A stretch of DNA of 55,887 nt from a virus (Duplodnaviria > Caudoviricetes). The position numbers and the translations under genes were made by a program. The notes below the pieces were generated by a model. That model ran no database searches. It saw only the letters and a program-made list of their open reading frames with translations, and was not told where the DNA came from. Location: positions 1 to 55,887 of IMG/VR virus record IMGVR_UViG_3300032360_000008. The stretch is one strand, 5' to 3'. The first letter of the stretch is position 1. Each line of letters begins with the position of its first letter. This document shows positions 7,716 to 17,049 of the stretch, in pieces.

Positions 7716-9032
7716 ATGACAGAGTTTATAGAATTTCCTAATTTTGTAACAAAAGGATTAACTGTTGATACAGGAGATCAACGCAGAATATTCAAAGGTC
7801 ATATTACTGCTGAAATCATAGATAGACAACAAGAGTTCATTTTTGTCAAAGAAGTTATGAAAATTATGGAGGCATTTATGGAAGTAAATCCAGTTATATC
7901 AGATTATCATAGTAATAGAATGGTTGGAAAGGTATTAAGTTATGAAAAATCAGAATACAAAGGTGTTGCAACCGTATTAATCACAGGGGAAGTTTATAAA
8001 AAAGACGGTATTACATTATATGATAAAGTTTGGGATAAGGTTGTAAAAGGTGAATATTCAGGATTATCTATGGGTGGTGCAAGTAAAGAAAGAGAGCCAA
8101 TTCAAAAAGATGGTAAAATGGCATTAGAATTAAGAAAATTAGAGTTATATGAAATTGCATTATGTGATACACCAGCAAACCCATTTGCAGTAATTGAATC
8201 TGTAAATAAATTTGCAAAATCACATGGATTAACTTCTATGGTTAAGGAATTTAATGGTAGAGAACAGATAAGATGTACTACTTTAGGTTGTAAATTTGAA
8301 AAATTTGATGTAGAAACATTTATGGATAAAGCAGATGGAACAAACATTAACACGGATATAGATTTAGATAACCATCAATACAAGTGTGATGGCGGTGAAC
8401 AATGTGATATATGTGGATTATCAAAGGCAGAACACAACTACAAGGAATTTGATAAACCAGAAGAAGTGGAAAAATTGGATAGTAAATCCATAGTAAACAG
8501 GTCTGCTGAAACAAGAGCAGAGAATGTTGGGGAAGCAACAGGTAGTCCAAAAGAAACAAATGATTTAGTTAATTCAATTCCAAAAGTACCAACTGCACAA
8601 GTAAAACATATACCATTACAAAGACTTAACAAAGATCATATTCCAAGTGTGAATGAAGATGTAGAATTTGATGCAAGAAACAAACAAGATAAAATTAACG
8701 GTAAAGAAATTACAAAAGATCAACCAATAGGTGATATAAATGCCAAAGGTGAGTTTCCTTTAAGACCAAGAACAAAACCAAACACCATGACAGATTCTAA
8801 CGGTAATGTAAACAAGTTTACAGCACCAACTTCATTAGCAGGAGCAAAAAAACAGTCAAAAGTAGAGGGTAATATGACACATGAAACAAGTGAAAGACGA
8901 ATAAAAGACCTTACTAAAATAGAAAACCCTGTTGATTTAATATTGAAATTTGGGATTAGTAATGTTAAAGAGGCATTAGAAGAAGCAGAAACCCTACAAT
9001 ATTTAAAAACATTACATAAAAAATACCAATAA
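7716..9032 (+). CDS. Prohead maturation protease (HK97/S78-like) with long C-terminal extension
   Basis: IIDRQQE, DYHSNRMVGK (His), GLSMGG (Ser) and LYEIALCDTPANPFA. Confidence 0.9.
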   Translation: MTEFIEFPNFVTKGLTVDTGDQRRIFKGHITAEIIDRQQEFIFVKEVMKIMEAFMEVNPVISDYHSNRMVGKVLSYEKSEYKGVATVLITGEVYKKDGITLYDKVWDKVVKGEYSGLSMGGASKEREPIQKDGKMALELRKLELYEIALCDTPANPFAVIESVNKFAKSHGLTSMVKEFNGREQIRCTTLGCKFEKFDVETFMDKADGTNINTDIDLDNHQYKCDGGEQCDICGLSKAEHNYKEFDKPEEVEKLDSKSIVNRSAETRAENVGEATGSPKETNDLVNSIPKVPTAQVKHIPLQRLNKDHIPSVNEDVEFDARNKQDKINGKEITKDQPIGDINAKGEFPLRPRTKPNTMTDSNGNVNKFTAPTSLAGAKKQSKVEGNMTHETSERRIKDLTKIENPVDLILKFGISNVKEALEEAETLQYLKTLHKKYQ

Positions 9033-9102
9033 TATATTTATAATTCTTTATAATTTTAACAATTATATTTATATACTATAAAAGAAGCAATTATATTACA
9101 AC

Positions 9103-9756
9103 ATGACTACAGAATTAGAAACAACAGAACAAGTTTCTGAAGTTAAAAAATCAGAAGACACTTCAGTCACATCTATTCTTGCACAATTAGTTAAAGCACA
9201 AGAATCTAGAATCGACTCTTTCGAGAAACGATTTGATGGTCTTGAAACTTTGATTAAAGAGCAGAATAAAAATCCAGTTGATCAAGGTGTAGAGGATGAT
9301 ACTCAAGCTCCGGCTGTATCAAGTCCTAACGATGTCGGTGATCCTGACAAATTAGGAAATACCTATGCACCATCTCCAAAAGATCAAGCTTCTATTGTTC
9401 CACCTCAAAAAGGTGAATCACCAAAAAGCGATGCTCCTAGTCTAACTATGGGTAAAGCAGATGATGAGGACAAAAAAGAAGAAGATAAAAAGGCAGATGT
9501 TGAGAAAACAGATGAAGATGAGAAAGAAGATGTTAAAAAATCTGATAGTTCTGAATACGAAATTGTAAAAACAGTCAGACCACTTTTGAAATCAAGAGGG
9601 GAAGAAGAAACAACTATACCAACAGGATACCAAATCCTTAAAGCTATCTCTAGCGGTTGGAATGGTCAAACTTCAAGTGCAGAAGATGCACTAGTTATAG
9701 CATATAACAAACTAGAATCAGGAGAGTTCGGTAACGGACTTCCGGGAGACTACTAA
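9103..9756 (+). CDS. Probable scaffolding protein
   Basis: Acidic, coiled-coil and low-complexity. Lies between the protease and capsid genes. Confidence 0.65.
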   Translation: MTTELETTEQVSEVKKSEDTSVTSILAQLVKAQESRIDSFEKRFDGLETLIKEQNKNPVDQGVEDDTQAPAVSSPNDVGDPDKLGNTYAPSPKDQASIVPPQKGESPKSDAPSLTMGKADDEDKKEEDKKADVEKTDEDEKEDVKKSDSSEYEIVKTVRPLLKSRGEEETTIPTGYQILKAISSGWNGQTSSAEDALVIAYNKLESGEFGNGLPGDY

Positions 9757-9757
9757 A

Positions 9758-11005
9758 ATGTCTACCTATCTAGGACTACGTTCTATTGATGAACTAGTTA
9801 ATTATACCTATAACAGAACTCCTGATGAGATTTTAAAAGCAGGTTTCAGTACAACCGATCCCGGTGCAGGTGGCAACTATAACCCACTATTCGGTGCTAT
9901 GGCATGGGCTAACTTCAATATGGAGGCAAATATCTTTGCAGCTCTACCAAAGTACGTCTGGGATTTCTCTGGATGGCGTATCTTCAAATCCAAAGCTCCA
10001 AATCTTACAACTGCCGCAGGTGCAAGAGATGGACTAGGTGGAACTATTGAAGGTGGTGCTATTGCTCCGGCAATTAAACCAGCAGTCCAAGAAATTACTG
10101 TCAAACCAAAGACTCTACAATATGTATTCGAAGCTTCTGAGTTATTGGAACAATTAGTAGACAATTCTAGAGATGATAACTATGGTAGCCTCGCACAACA
10201 AAGAGTCTATGCAAGTGATCAATTCAAAGAAAGAGTCAATCTAATGCTTACTGCAATTCCTACTGACGTAGCTGCAACTAATGCACTAGAAAGATTAAAT
10301 CTTGAATCTTTAGATGTTATTGTTAGTTCATACGCTGAACAACAATTTGAGGCACATTCAGTCTTAACCGACCTTTATAACCCGTGGAAGGGTGCTAATG
10401 GTGCAGGTGTAGACAGAAATGCCTCCGCAGCTACTTGGGATTCAACTGTGAAATCACCTTCAGGTACTATCGGTACAGCAGACGTTTTAACGGATGCAGT
10501 ATTAAGAGATACACTTGCAGATATAAGAATCGCAGCTGGAAAAGAGCCAACTGTAATGATTGGTGGACAGGACACATACTCCGAAGTTCAATCAATCTAC
10601 ATGAACGCTTACCGTATCCAAAACACAGCAGACTTGAGAACAGAATTTAGTGTTGGCGTAAATGGTGTAGATACCTTTACTGGCACAGGTGCAGGATTAC
10701 ATATATCCACGATATATGGACTTCCATTCATTCCTTCAAAGGATACCACCCAATCAGCAGAGGGATCAGTAGATGACTTGTTCATCTTAAACACTAGTGC
10801 AGATAAAAATGCTCCAAATAAGCCATTGTTAGGTATGCAAGTGCTTAAACCAATCGTTTATTATGAAGCAGGAAAGAGACAACAAGGTTATCCATTCATT
10901 AACGAAGCCTTTACAGACAGAGCTTTGTACAATATGTTAGGAGAAACAACCTGTAGAAACTTTAAAGCACAAGCCAAGATTAGAGATATTGCTTCAGGAA
11001 TCTAG
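9758..11005 (+). CDS. Major capsid protein (HK97 fold)
   Basis: 415 aa in the canonical position. GGTIEGG..P...P..QEITVKPKTL segment, IYGLPFIPS, and C-terminal Q.KIRDI. Codon use suggests high expression. Confidence 0.85.
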   Translation: MSTYLGLRSIDELVNYTYNRTPDEILKAGFSTTDPGAGGNYNPLFGAMAWANFNMEANIFAALPKYVWDFSGWRIFKSKAPNLTTAAGARDGLGGTIEGGAIAPAIKPAVQEITVKPKTLQYVFEASELLEQLVDNSRDDNYGSLAQQRVYASDQFKERVNLMLTAIPTDVAATNALERLNLESLDVIVSSYAEQQFEAHSVLTDLYNPWKGANGAGVDRNASAATWDSTVKSPSGTIGTADVLTDAVLRDTLADIRIAAGKEPTVMIGGQDTYSEVQSIYMNAYRIQNTADLRTEFSVGVNGVDTFTGTGAGLHISTIYGLPFIPSKDTTQSAEGSVDDLFILNTSADKNAPNKPLLGMQVLKPIVYYEAGKRQQGYPFINEAFTDRALYNMLGETTCRNFKAQAKIRDIASGI

Positions 11006-11016
11006 GAAAACTAGAA

Positions 11017-11044
11017 CTTTTTTTTATTTTTTTATTTAATTTTA
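11017..11044 (+). terminator. Archaeal oligo-T terminator after the capsid gene
   Basis: Long T-tracts immediately after the stop codon. Confidence 0.6.
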
Positions 11045-11124
11045 AAAAATTTTCTATATGGAATAAGAATTATATATCTATATATAATAATATTTATATA
11101 TTACGAATATCAAAAGTGGTTAAT

Positions 11125-11484
11125 ATGGCAGTAACTATTACTACAAACGCCAAATATTCGCACTTAAATGCGGATAGATCCCATACCATTAAACCGGGTG
11201 GAGTTGGTGTAGAAAAAGAGATGGTTTGTGATATTGCAATTACTGGAACAGGAAGTTTTGCAACAGGATTAGCAACTTGTGATTTTACACAAGTAGGCTT
11301 TAGACAAGTTTATTCATGTATTATTGAACAAACTAGTGACTTTGCATTGAATACCTATCAGTTCGTAGAGGCAACTGCTTCAGATGCCGCTACAGCAAAA
11401 ATCAATGGTAGAGTAAGAACTACTAGTGCAAATGTAGCTGCAAATACTACTTGTACAATGACCGTCATTATTCGTGGTGTATAA
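11125..11484 (+). CDS. Putative capsid decoration/virion protein
   Basis: Beta-rich small protein after the capsid gene. ATG 11125 is 32 nt after TTTATATA. Confidence 0.6.
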   Translation: MAVTITTNAKYSHLNADRSHTIKPGGVGVEKEMVCDIAITGTGSFATGLATCDFTQVGFRQVYSCIIEQTSDFALNTYQFVEATASDAATAKINGRVRTTSANVAANTTCTMTVIIRGV

Positions 11485-11523
11485 GAGAAACCTTATATAT
11501 CATACTTTTTTATACTTTACATA

Positions 11524-11775
11524 ATGGCAAGAAATGCTCGTAAATTAGTAACTGCAACAGGTGCAATAGTATCTAGATCAGGCAAAATAAAATCAATTAT
11601 CCCTGCAACAACTGGAACAGGAAGTATTATATTATATAATGGAACTTCTGCATCTGATCCAGAAATATATAGACTTGTAGCAGGAACAGGTGTTCATGCA
11701 GATTTAGAACTAGGATTTAAAAAACTATATGGTGCTGTTACTGGAACATTAAGTCTAAATATCATATACGAATAA
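11524..11775 (+). CDS. Small virion structural protein
   Basis: 83-aa beta-rich Gly/Thr protein in the head module. Confidence 0.6.
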   Translation: MARNARKLVTATGAIVSRSGKIKSIIPATTGTGSIILYNGTSASDPEIYRLVAGTGVHADLELGFKKLYGAVTGTLSLNIIYE

Positions 11776-11804
11776 TTTAAATAAGATTAACTCAAGGCTT
11801 ATAT

Positions 11805-12473
11805 ATGGTTAGATCACCAACTTATTGTACTGTTAGTAATGTTGCAGATTGGATAAGAATTGCAATTAACCCCAATACTGATCCAACTTCTTCAATGGTA
11901 GAAGAAAATATAATGGATAACGAGGACAGAATTGACAGATTAACAGGTCATACATGGCTTGAAAATAAACAGGTAACAGAAGAATTTAGTGTAAACAAGT
12001 TATATGATTGGGGTAGAGGTATGCCTTTGTTCCCAAGAAAAAGAAATCTTAGGTCATTTGATTCTACAAAAGGGGATAAATTTGAGATTTGGGATGGAGG
12101 TCAATGGGCAGATCAAACACCAGAAAGTAACGGTGAAAATGAAGATCAAATTATATATTTCCAAGAAATTAAGGGTATCATATATTTGAGAGGATACCTG
12201 TTCACAATACTTAGAACTAACAGATTTAGAATAACTTATAGATATGGTGGAGATAATGAGGGAATTAAAGACGTTGCAGAGCCAATACCAAGAGACATTC
12301 AAAAAGCCTGTAAACTAATGACTTGTATTGACCTATTAGGAACTGATTTCCAAATGTCACAAATTGCTTATGGTGGGGAAGGTAACATTGATAAACAGAA
12401 AGTAATGGATAGATGGCAAACTGAAATTGATCAAATAATATGGAGCAGAAGCGAAATAACTTCTACATGGTGA
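11805..12473 (+). CDS. Head-tail adaptor (gp6/gp15-like)
   Basis: YCTV..V, RIDRLTGH.W, ITYRYG and P.DIQKAC motifs. Confidence 0.75.
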   Translation: MVRSPTYCTVSNVADWIRIAINPNTDPTSSMVEENIMDNEDRIDRLTGHTWLENKQVTEEFSVNKLYDWGRGMPLFPRKRNLRSFDSTKGDKFEIWDGGQWADQTPESNGENEDQIIYFQEIKGIIYLRGYLFTILRTNRFRITYRYGGDNEGIKDVAEPIPRDIQKACKLMTCIDLLGTDFQMSQIAYGGEGNIDKQKVMDRWQTEIDQIIWSRSEITSTW

Positions 12474-12474
12474 T

Positions 12475-13137
12475 ATGTCAGCAGTAACTACATCAACTGT
12501 TAGTACAACAGAAAATCAGTATGAGAGATTTCGTATGCAGAAAGATATAGGTGTAGAATTAATTAAAAATATTAAAAAAGTATTAAGAAATGAAGATATT
12601 AATTTTACAGATGATCTGTCAAATTCATTTGAACTTGTAATGATGACTTCTGCTACTGAAGCCAATGTTGGAACTACATCTGTTGCAACTAGTAACCCAT
12701 ACGCAAATTTAGTTGATAAAGGTATGAGAGCAGGGAAATGGGTTAATTATGATGCACTATATGATTGGGTAAGCACTAAATTATGGGCTAGAACAGGTTT
12801 AGATGAAAAATATTTTGCAGATGTAACATGGAAAATAATGAGAAAAATAAAAAATGAAGGTATAGATCCTACTCATTTTGCTAAAAAAGCAATTAAAATG
12901 GTTATTGGAAAACATGGAGTTGCAGGTACTAAAAGAAATTATAAAAGTAAAAGTAAAAATAAATCAGGAAAATATATGAAAAAATTAAAAAAGTTTGCCA
13001 AAAATGTTAAAAAAACAATCAAAAAAATGAAAAGAGTAATTAAAAAAATAGTTAAAATAAGAAAAATAAATAAAGGTTTGAAGCAAATTAATAAATATGG
13101 GGTAAGAACATTAAACACATTGGAGAAGTATAAATGA
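12475..13137 (+). CDS. Neck/tail-completion protein (HK97 gp10-like) with Lys-rich tail
   Basis: T..LSNS, NPYA..VD.G, L..WV..K and I..EGI.PT.F motifs. Confidence 0.65.
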   Translation: MSAVTTSTVSTTENQYERFRMQKDIGVELIKNIKKVLRNEDINFTDDLSNSFELVMMTSATEANVGTTSVATSNPYANLVDKGMRAGKWVNYDALYDWVSTKLWARTGLDEKYFADVTWKIMRKIKNEGIDPTHFAKKAIKMVIGKHGVAGTKRNYKSKSKNKSGKYMKKLKKFAKNVKKTIKKMKRVIKKIVKIRKINKGLKQINKYGVRTLNTLEKYK

Positions 13138-13598
13138 CAGATGGAATGGCAGGGCTACCATTTGCAAATGACATTATAGATCACTTAAAAAGTAATTGGA
13201 CAAGTTCAGGTGGTAAAGCACCAATATTTACTACAAAATGGAAAAAGAAAGCAGTAGGTGTAGGCAGTAGAGTATATGATGAAGTAATTGTTGAACTTGA
13301 TACAGAAGATCCTAAAATATTCAGTATGATCACAAACACAGGTTCAGATGGAAAATTTAACTATGATTGGTTGCATGATATATCAATTACCTTAGATATT
13401 TATTCAAGTGTAAGTGAGGCTAGGGTACTACAATTAGTAGATGAAATTCTTAAAATATTAAAAAATAACGTTGTGACTACAATAAATAACCGTGAATATA
13501 TACAGATTTTGCCGGGAAATGTTGTTTCATTAAATGAAGAATTTAGAAATATATTCAGGTATAATATAGATGTAGATGCTATGAGATTTAACCCATAG
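13134..13598 (+). CDS. Putative tail terminator
   Basis: 154 aa directly upstream of the tail tube gene. ITLDIYS beta pattern. Confidence 0.6.
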   Translation: MTDGMAGLPFANDIIDHLKSNWTSSGGKAPIFTTKWKKKAVGVGSRVYDEVIVELDTEDPKIFSMITNTGSDGKFNYDWLHDISITLDIYSSVSEARVLQLVDEILKILKNNVVTTINNREYIQILPGNVVSLNEEFRNIFRYNIDVDAMRFNP

Positions 13599-13633
13599 AG
13601 AATATTTAAATATGTTGGTTATGGTGTATTTAT

Positions 13634-14605
13634 ATGGTAACCGCCTCTAGTGCTTCTAGTTCTTATGCAGATTATGGTTATGAATCAACTTTTGGTGGGG
13701 GGGTTTCAGGTAATGGTATAAAATTTGGTAAAGAAGTTAAAGTTACAGGTTTAGAATTTAAAAACAATCAAATACCATTAGGTCAATTATATTCACCAGA
13801 AATAGAATCTTTTGCTTATGGTAGAAATGATGGTAAATGCTCAGTTGATTATGTAGTAAGTAACCCGTGGTTCTTTCAATCAATTTTAGGTGTATCTGTA
13901 CCAACAAATGCAGGTGGTGTATATTCACACACATGGAACTCTAATCCAACTACAACCCCAACAATGAGAGATATAAAATCTATGGCATTAAAACTTGGAT
14001 TTAAAGTAAATACAGATTATAAAAGAACAGCAGTAGGTGTTGTTTGTCCTTCTTTATCTTTAAAAATGTCATTAAATGAAACAGTTAAAGCAACCCAAGA
14101 ATTAGTTTGGGGTGAAGAAACAGTAAATCAAGTATTTGCAGCTCCAACAGGAGTTGAAATGGCAGGTGCAATTCCATATACATTTGTTCATGCTTCTATT
14201 ACAAATCCACTTACAGGTAATACACTTGCTTCAGTTCAATCATTTGACTTGAATATTAATTCAAATGCAGAATTAATTTATGGAATGGGTTCTAAATTAA
14301 GTGTAGATGCTTATAGAAAAATTTTAGAACTTACTGGAAAAATATCAATAGTTTTATACGATTCTGACTTTTTAGAATCAGTTTATAATAGAGCAGAAGC
14401 TGCAAATGATTTAGTAGTTACAATTTCAAATGGGGGATCTGGAACTGCTTTAAGAAGTATTGTTATGACTTTTACAGGTTGTAGTTTCTCATCACATGAT
14501 AGTGCAGGAGTTGAACCCGGAGAATTACTTTTAGAAAATCTTGATTTCCAATGTAAACACGTTACAGTTGTAGCAAAGAACACTACAACAGTTATTCCAC
14601 CTTAA
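13634..14605 (+). CDS. Major tail tube protein
   Basis: YGYESTFG N-terminus, VQSFDLNIN.N and ELTGKI. No sheath gene nearby. Confidence 0.8.
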   Translation: MVTASSASSSYADYGYESTFGGGVSGNGIKFGKEVKVTGLEFKNNQIPLGQLYSPEIESFAYGRNDGKCSVDYVVSNPWFFQSILGVSVPTNAGGVYSHTWNSNPTTTPTMRDIKSMALKLGFKVNTDYKRTAVGVVCPSLSLKMSLNETVKATQELVWGEETVNQVFAAPTGVEMAGAIPYTFVHASITNPLTGNTLASVQSFDLNINSNAELIYGMGSKLSVDAYRKILELTGKISIVLYDSDFLESVYNRAEAANDLVVTISNGGSGTALRSIVMTFTGCSFSSHDSAGVEPGELLLENLDFQCKHVTVVAKNTTTVIPP

Positions 14606-14652
14606 ATAAGATTCAAGAAAGCCTTATATACATATAATAAATATATGAGTAT

Positions 14653-15003
14653 ATGTCAGAAGATTTATCCACAGTTGATTTTGATTGTAAAGTTAATGGC
14701 AAAGATGCAACTTTAAAAATTAAGACAGATTTAACTTGGGGAGAAACTCAAGACCTTTTAACAAGATCAGTAACAGTATCAGAAGCAGGTACAAAGGATT
14801 TTCAATTTAATACATTTTGTGACGTTTTATTAACAAAAACTATAGTTTCAGGTTTGCCATTTCCAGCTACTAATTTGGTAAAAATGAAGAACTTACCAAT
14901 GAGTGAAGTAAGTATAATCTTAGGAGAGATTATGCGTATTATCCCTTTAGAGAGTTATTTCAACAATCTGGGAATGAGTCAGGAAATAATCCCCAAAACA
15001 TAA
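14653..15003 (+). CDS. Tail assembly chaperone (gpG-like)
   Basis: Between the tail tube and tape measure genes. Contains a slippery heptamer. Confidence 0.75.
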   Translation: MSEDLSTVDFDCKVNGKDATLKIKTDLTWGETQDLLTRSVTVSEAGTKDFQFNTFCDVLLTKTIVSGLPFPATNLVKMKNLPMSEVSIILGEIMRIIPLESYFNNLGMSQEIIPKT

Positions 15004-15149
15004 GTTCTAAGATTTACGGTTATTGTGCGTTGGTATTTGGGTGGGATAAGTTTCAGGTAGATAAACTACCTGCAAAATACGTTATGGATACAATATTTAT
15101 AAGTATGCAAATGATGAAAGACGTTATGAGTGGTGTCAGATTGAGATGA
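14943..15149 (+). CDS. -1 frameshift extension of the tail chaperone (gpGT-like, about 165 aa fusion)
   Basis: C CCT TTA at 14943-14949 is in the X XXY YYZ register. The -1 frame is open from 14907 to 15149, encodes ...IYGYCALVFGWDKFQVDKLP..., and ends in ATGA overlap with the tape measure gene. Confidence 0.75.
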   Translation, partial: PFRELFQQSGNESGNNPQNISSKIYGYCALVFGWDKFQVDKLPAKYVMDTIFISMQMMKDVMSGVRLR

Positions 15150-16210
15150 GTAGCAATACATATACATTAAAAATAGACATAGATGACAGTAAAATTAGAG
15201 AATTAGAGAAACGCCTAATGGCAATTATGGGGGGTAAAACTGCTGGTTTATCAGGATTAGCAGGTGCAGCTGAAGGAAAAGGAGATAAAAGTGCATTAAT
15301 TAATAATATTAAAAAACTTGGTATTATTGCTATTGGGGTAGGAAGTCTTGTAGCATTAGTTTCAAAATTAACGGGAATGATAGTAGACTCATCTCCAATG
15401 TTAAAAGGTATGTTAAAATTATTAAACTATTCAGTAATGTTGATATTAAGACCTATTGGTGACTTCTTTGGATTTTTCCTAAGACCTATTGTTATATATT
15501 TTTTGAGAAGTGTTGCATTACCATTTTATAAACAAATGCGACCTGTAATGCAAAGACTTGGTACTGTTTTAGGTGTGGACTTTATGAAAAGACAAAGTGA
15601 AATAGATTCAGTAGGTGGCAAAAAAGGTTGGGAAGAAGGATTTAACCATGAAGAAGGAATGAAAAATTTAGAACAAACATTATTACAATGGGGATCATTA
15701 TTTTCAATTTTTGAAGAAGGTGAAACTCAATATCAATCAACTAAAGATGCAATAGCAGCTTTCAAAGGTGCATTTACTGCAATAAATGGAATTACATTCC
15801 CAACTATTGATCTTTCAGGTATTCAAACTAAAATAGATAATACATTAACAGGTATTACATCAGTATTTAGTTTAACAGGTATTCAAACTAAGATAGATAC
15901 AACTATAGCTGCAATCACAGATTTTGATTTTAGTAAAATATTTACTGAATTGGAAACAAAGTTTAAAAAAATATTTGATGATTTATGGAATTTAATAACT
16001 AGCATACTTCCGTGGGTAAATGCAGAAGAATCAACATCAACACAAACACCACAAACACCACTTCCACCTTATGTAGGTTCATTAGACCATGTATTTAGTA
16101 ATGGAAATAATGGAAATAATAATAATCAAGCAGAAGAAGATCCAATTACAGCGTTTGGAAATTGGATTCAAGGCGGTATTAATGAACATCTAAAAGGTTG
16201 GCTAGGATAA
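15146..16210 (+). CDS. Short tape measure protein
   Basis: Position, helical amphipathic segments with a hydrophobic stretch, and duplicated L(S/T)GIQTKID. Confidence 0.7.
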   Translation: MSSNTYTLKIDIDDSKIRELEKRLMAIMGGKTAGLSGLAGAAEGKGDKSALINNIKKLGIIAIGVGSLVALVSKLTGMIVDSSPMLKGMLKLLNYSVMLILRPIGDFFGFFLRPIVIYFLRSVALPFYKQMRPVMQRLGTVLGVDFMKRQSEIDSVGGKKGWEEGFNHEEGMKNLEQTLLQWGSLFSIFEEGETQYQSTKDAIAAFKGAFTAINGITFPTIDLSGIQTKIDNTLTGITSVFSLTGIQTKIDTTIAAITDFDFSKIFTELETKFKKIFDDLWNLITSILPWVNAEESTSTQTPQTPLPPYVGSLDHVFSNGNNGNNNNQAEEDPITAFGNWIQGGINEHLKGWLG

Positions 16211-16213
16211 GAT

Positions 16214-17047
16214 ATGGGTACTATAATTTTTAATAAATATTATGAAGATAGTAGTAAAGATGTAGAATGGACATATACATTACCTAATTTTAAAAGTATA
16301 ACTTATGATATGAACACACCTGTATCTCCAATGCCAATGCCTGAAGAAGATGCATCTGAAAATATTCTTGTAAAAATTGAGGGTAACAGTTCAGCATTAA
16401 CTATTAACTGGACAATAAAAGATATGGGAACTATAAAAACTGTAAAAAATACAGATAAACCAACAACTTTAGTACCAAATCCAACTCCTACTGATTATGC
16501 AGCTTCCTCTACAATTAGGGATCAAATTTTTTGGTTTAGAGATACATTTAGAGCTTCAAAAGTATCATCTGCATTTGAATTAATAATTAGGCTTGATGAG
16601 GCAGATGCAAGTAAAGATATAATATTTCTAGGTACATTTTCAGGATTTAATTTTAACATGATGTCACCTAATTTACTTACATTTAACGCAACAGCAAAAT
16701 TTATGGAAGGCTCAGTAGCCTCATTATATGAAGTTGATACTTCTTCTGCACCAAGAAACTTGACATTGACTAGCCCTCAATCAGGAAGAATAGATGCTTC
16801 TTGGACATCTCCAAGTGATCCGGGAGCTTCTTCGATCAGCGATTATAAAATATATTATAGAAAATGGAACTCAGGACAAGGATGGTCTAGTACAAGCGTT
16901 GGTAGTTCTACAACAACAAAAAATGATATATCAGGTTCAACTAATTTACCAACAGGTACTTATGAGGTGTATGTTGAAGCATTTACTACTGGATTAGGAC
17001 TTGGTAGATCATCATTTACTGAACATATAAACGTAGTTGGTCTTTAA
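16214..17047 (+). CDS. Distal-tail-like protein with C-terminal fibronectin type III domain
   Basis: SAPRNLT...ASWTSP.D.G.S.I.DYKIYYR...YEVYVEA. Confidence 0.7.
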   Translation: MGTIIFNKYYEDSSKDVEWTYTLPNFKSITYDMNTPVSPMPMPEEDASENILVKIEGNSSALTINWTIKDMGTIKTVKNTDKPTTLVPNPTPTDYAASSTIRDQIFWFRDTFRASKVSSAFELIIRLDEADASKDIIFLGTFSGFNFNMMSPNLLTFNATAKFMEGSVASLYEVDTSSAPRNLTLTSPQSGRIDASWTSPSDPGASSISDYKIYYRKWNSGQGWSSTSVGSSTTTKNDISGSTNLPTGTYEVYVEAFTTGLGLGRSSFTEHINVVGL

Positions 17048-17049
17048 TA

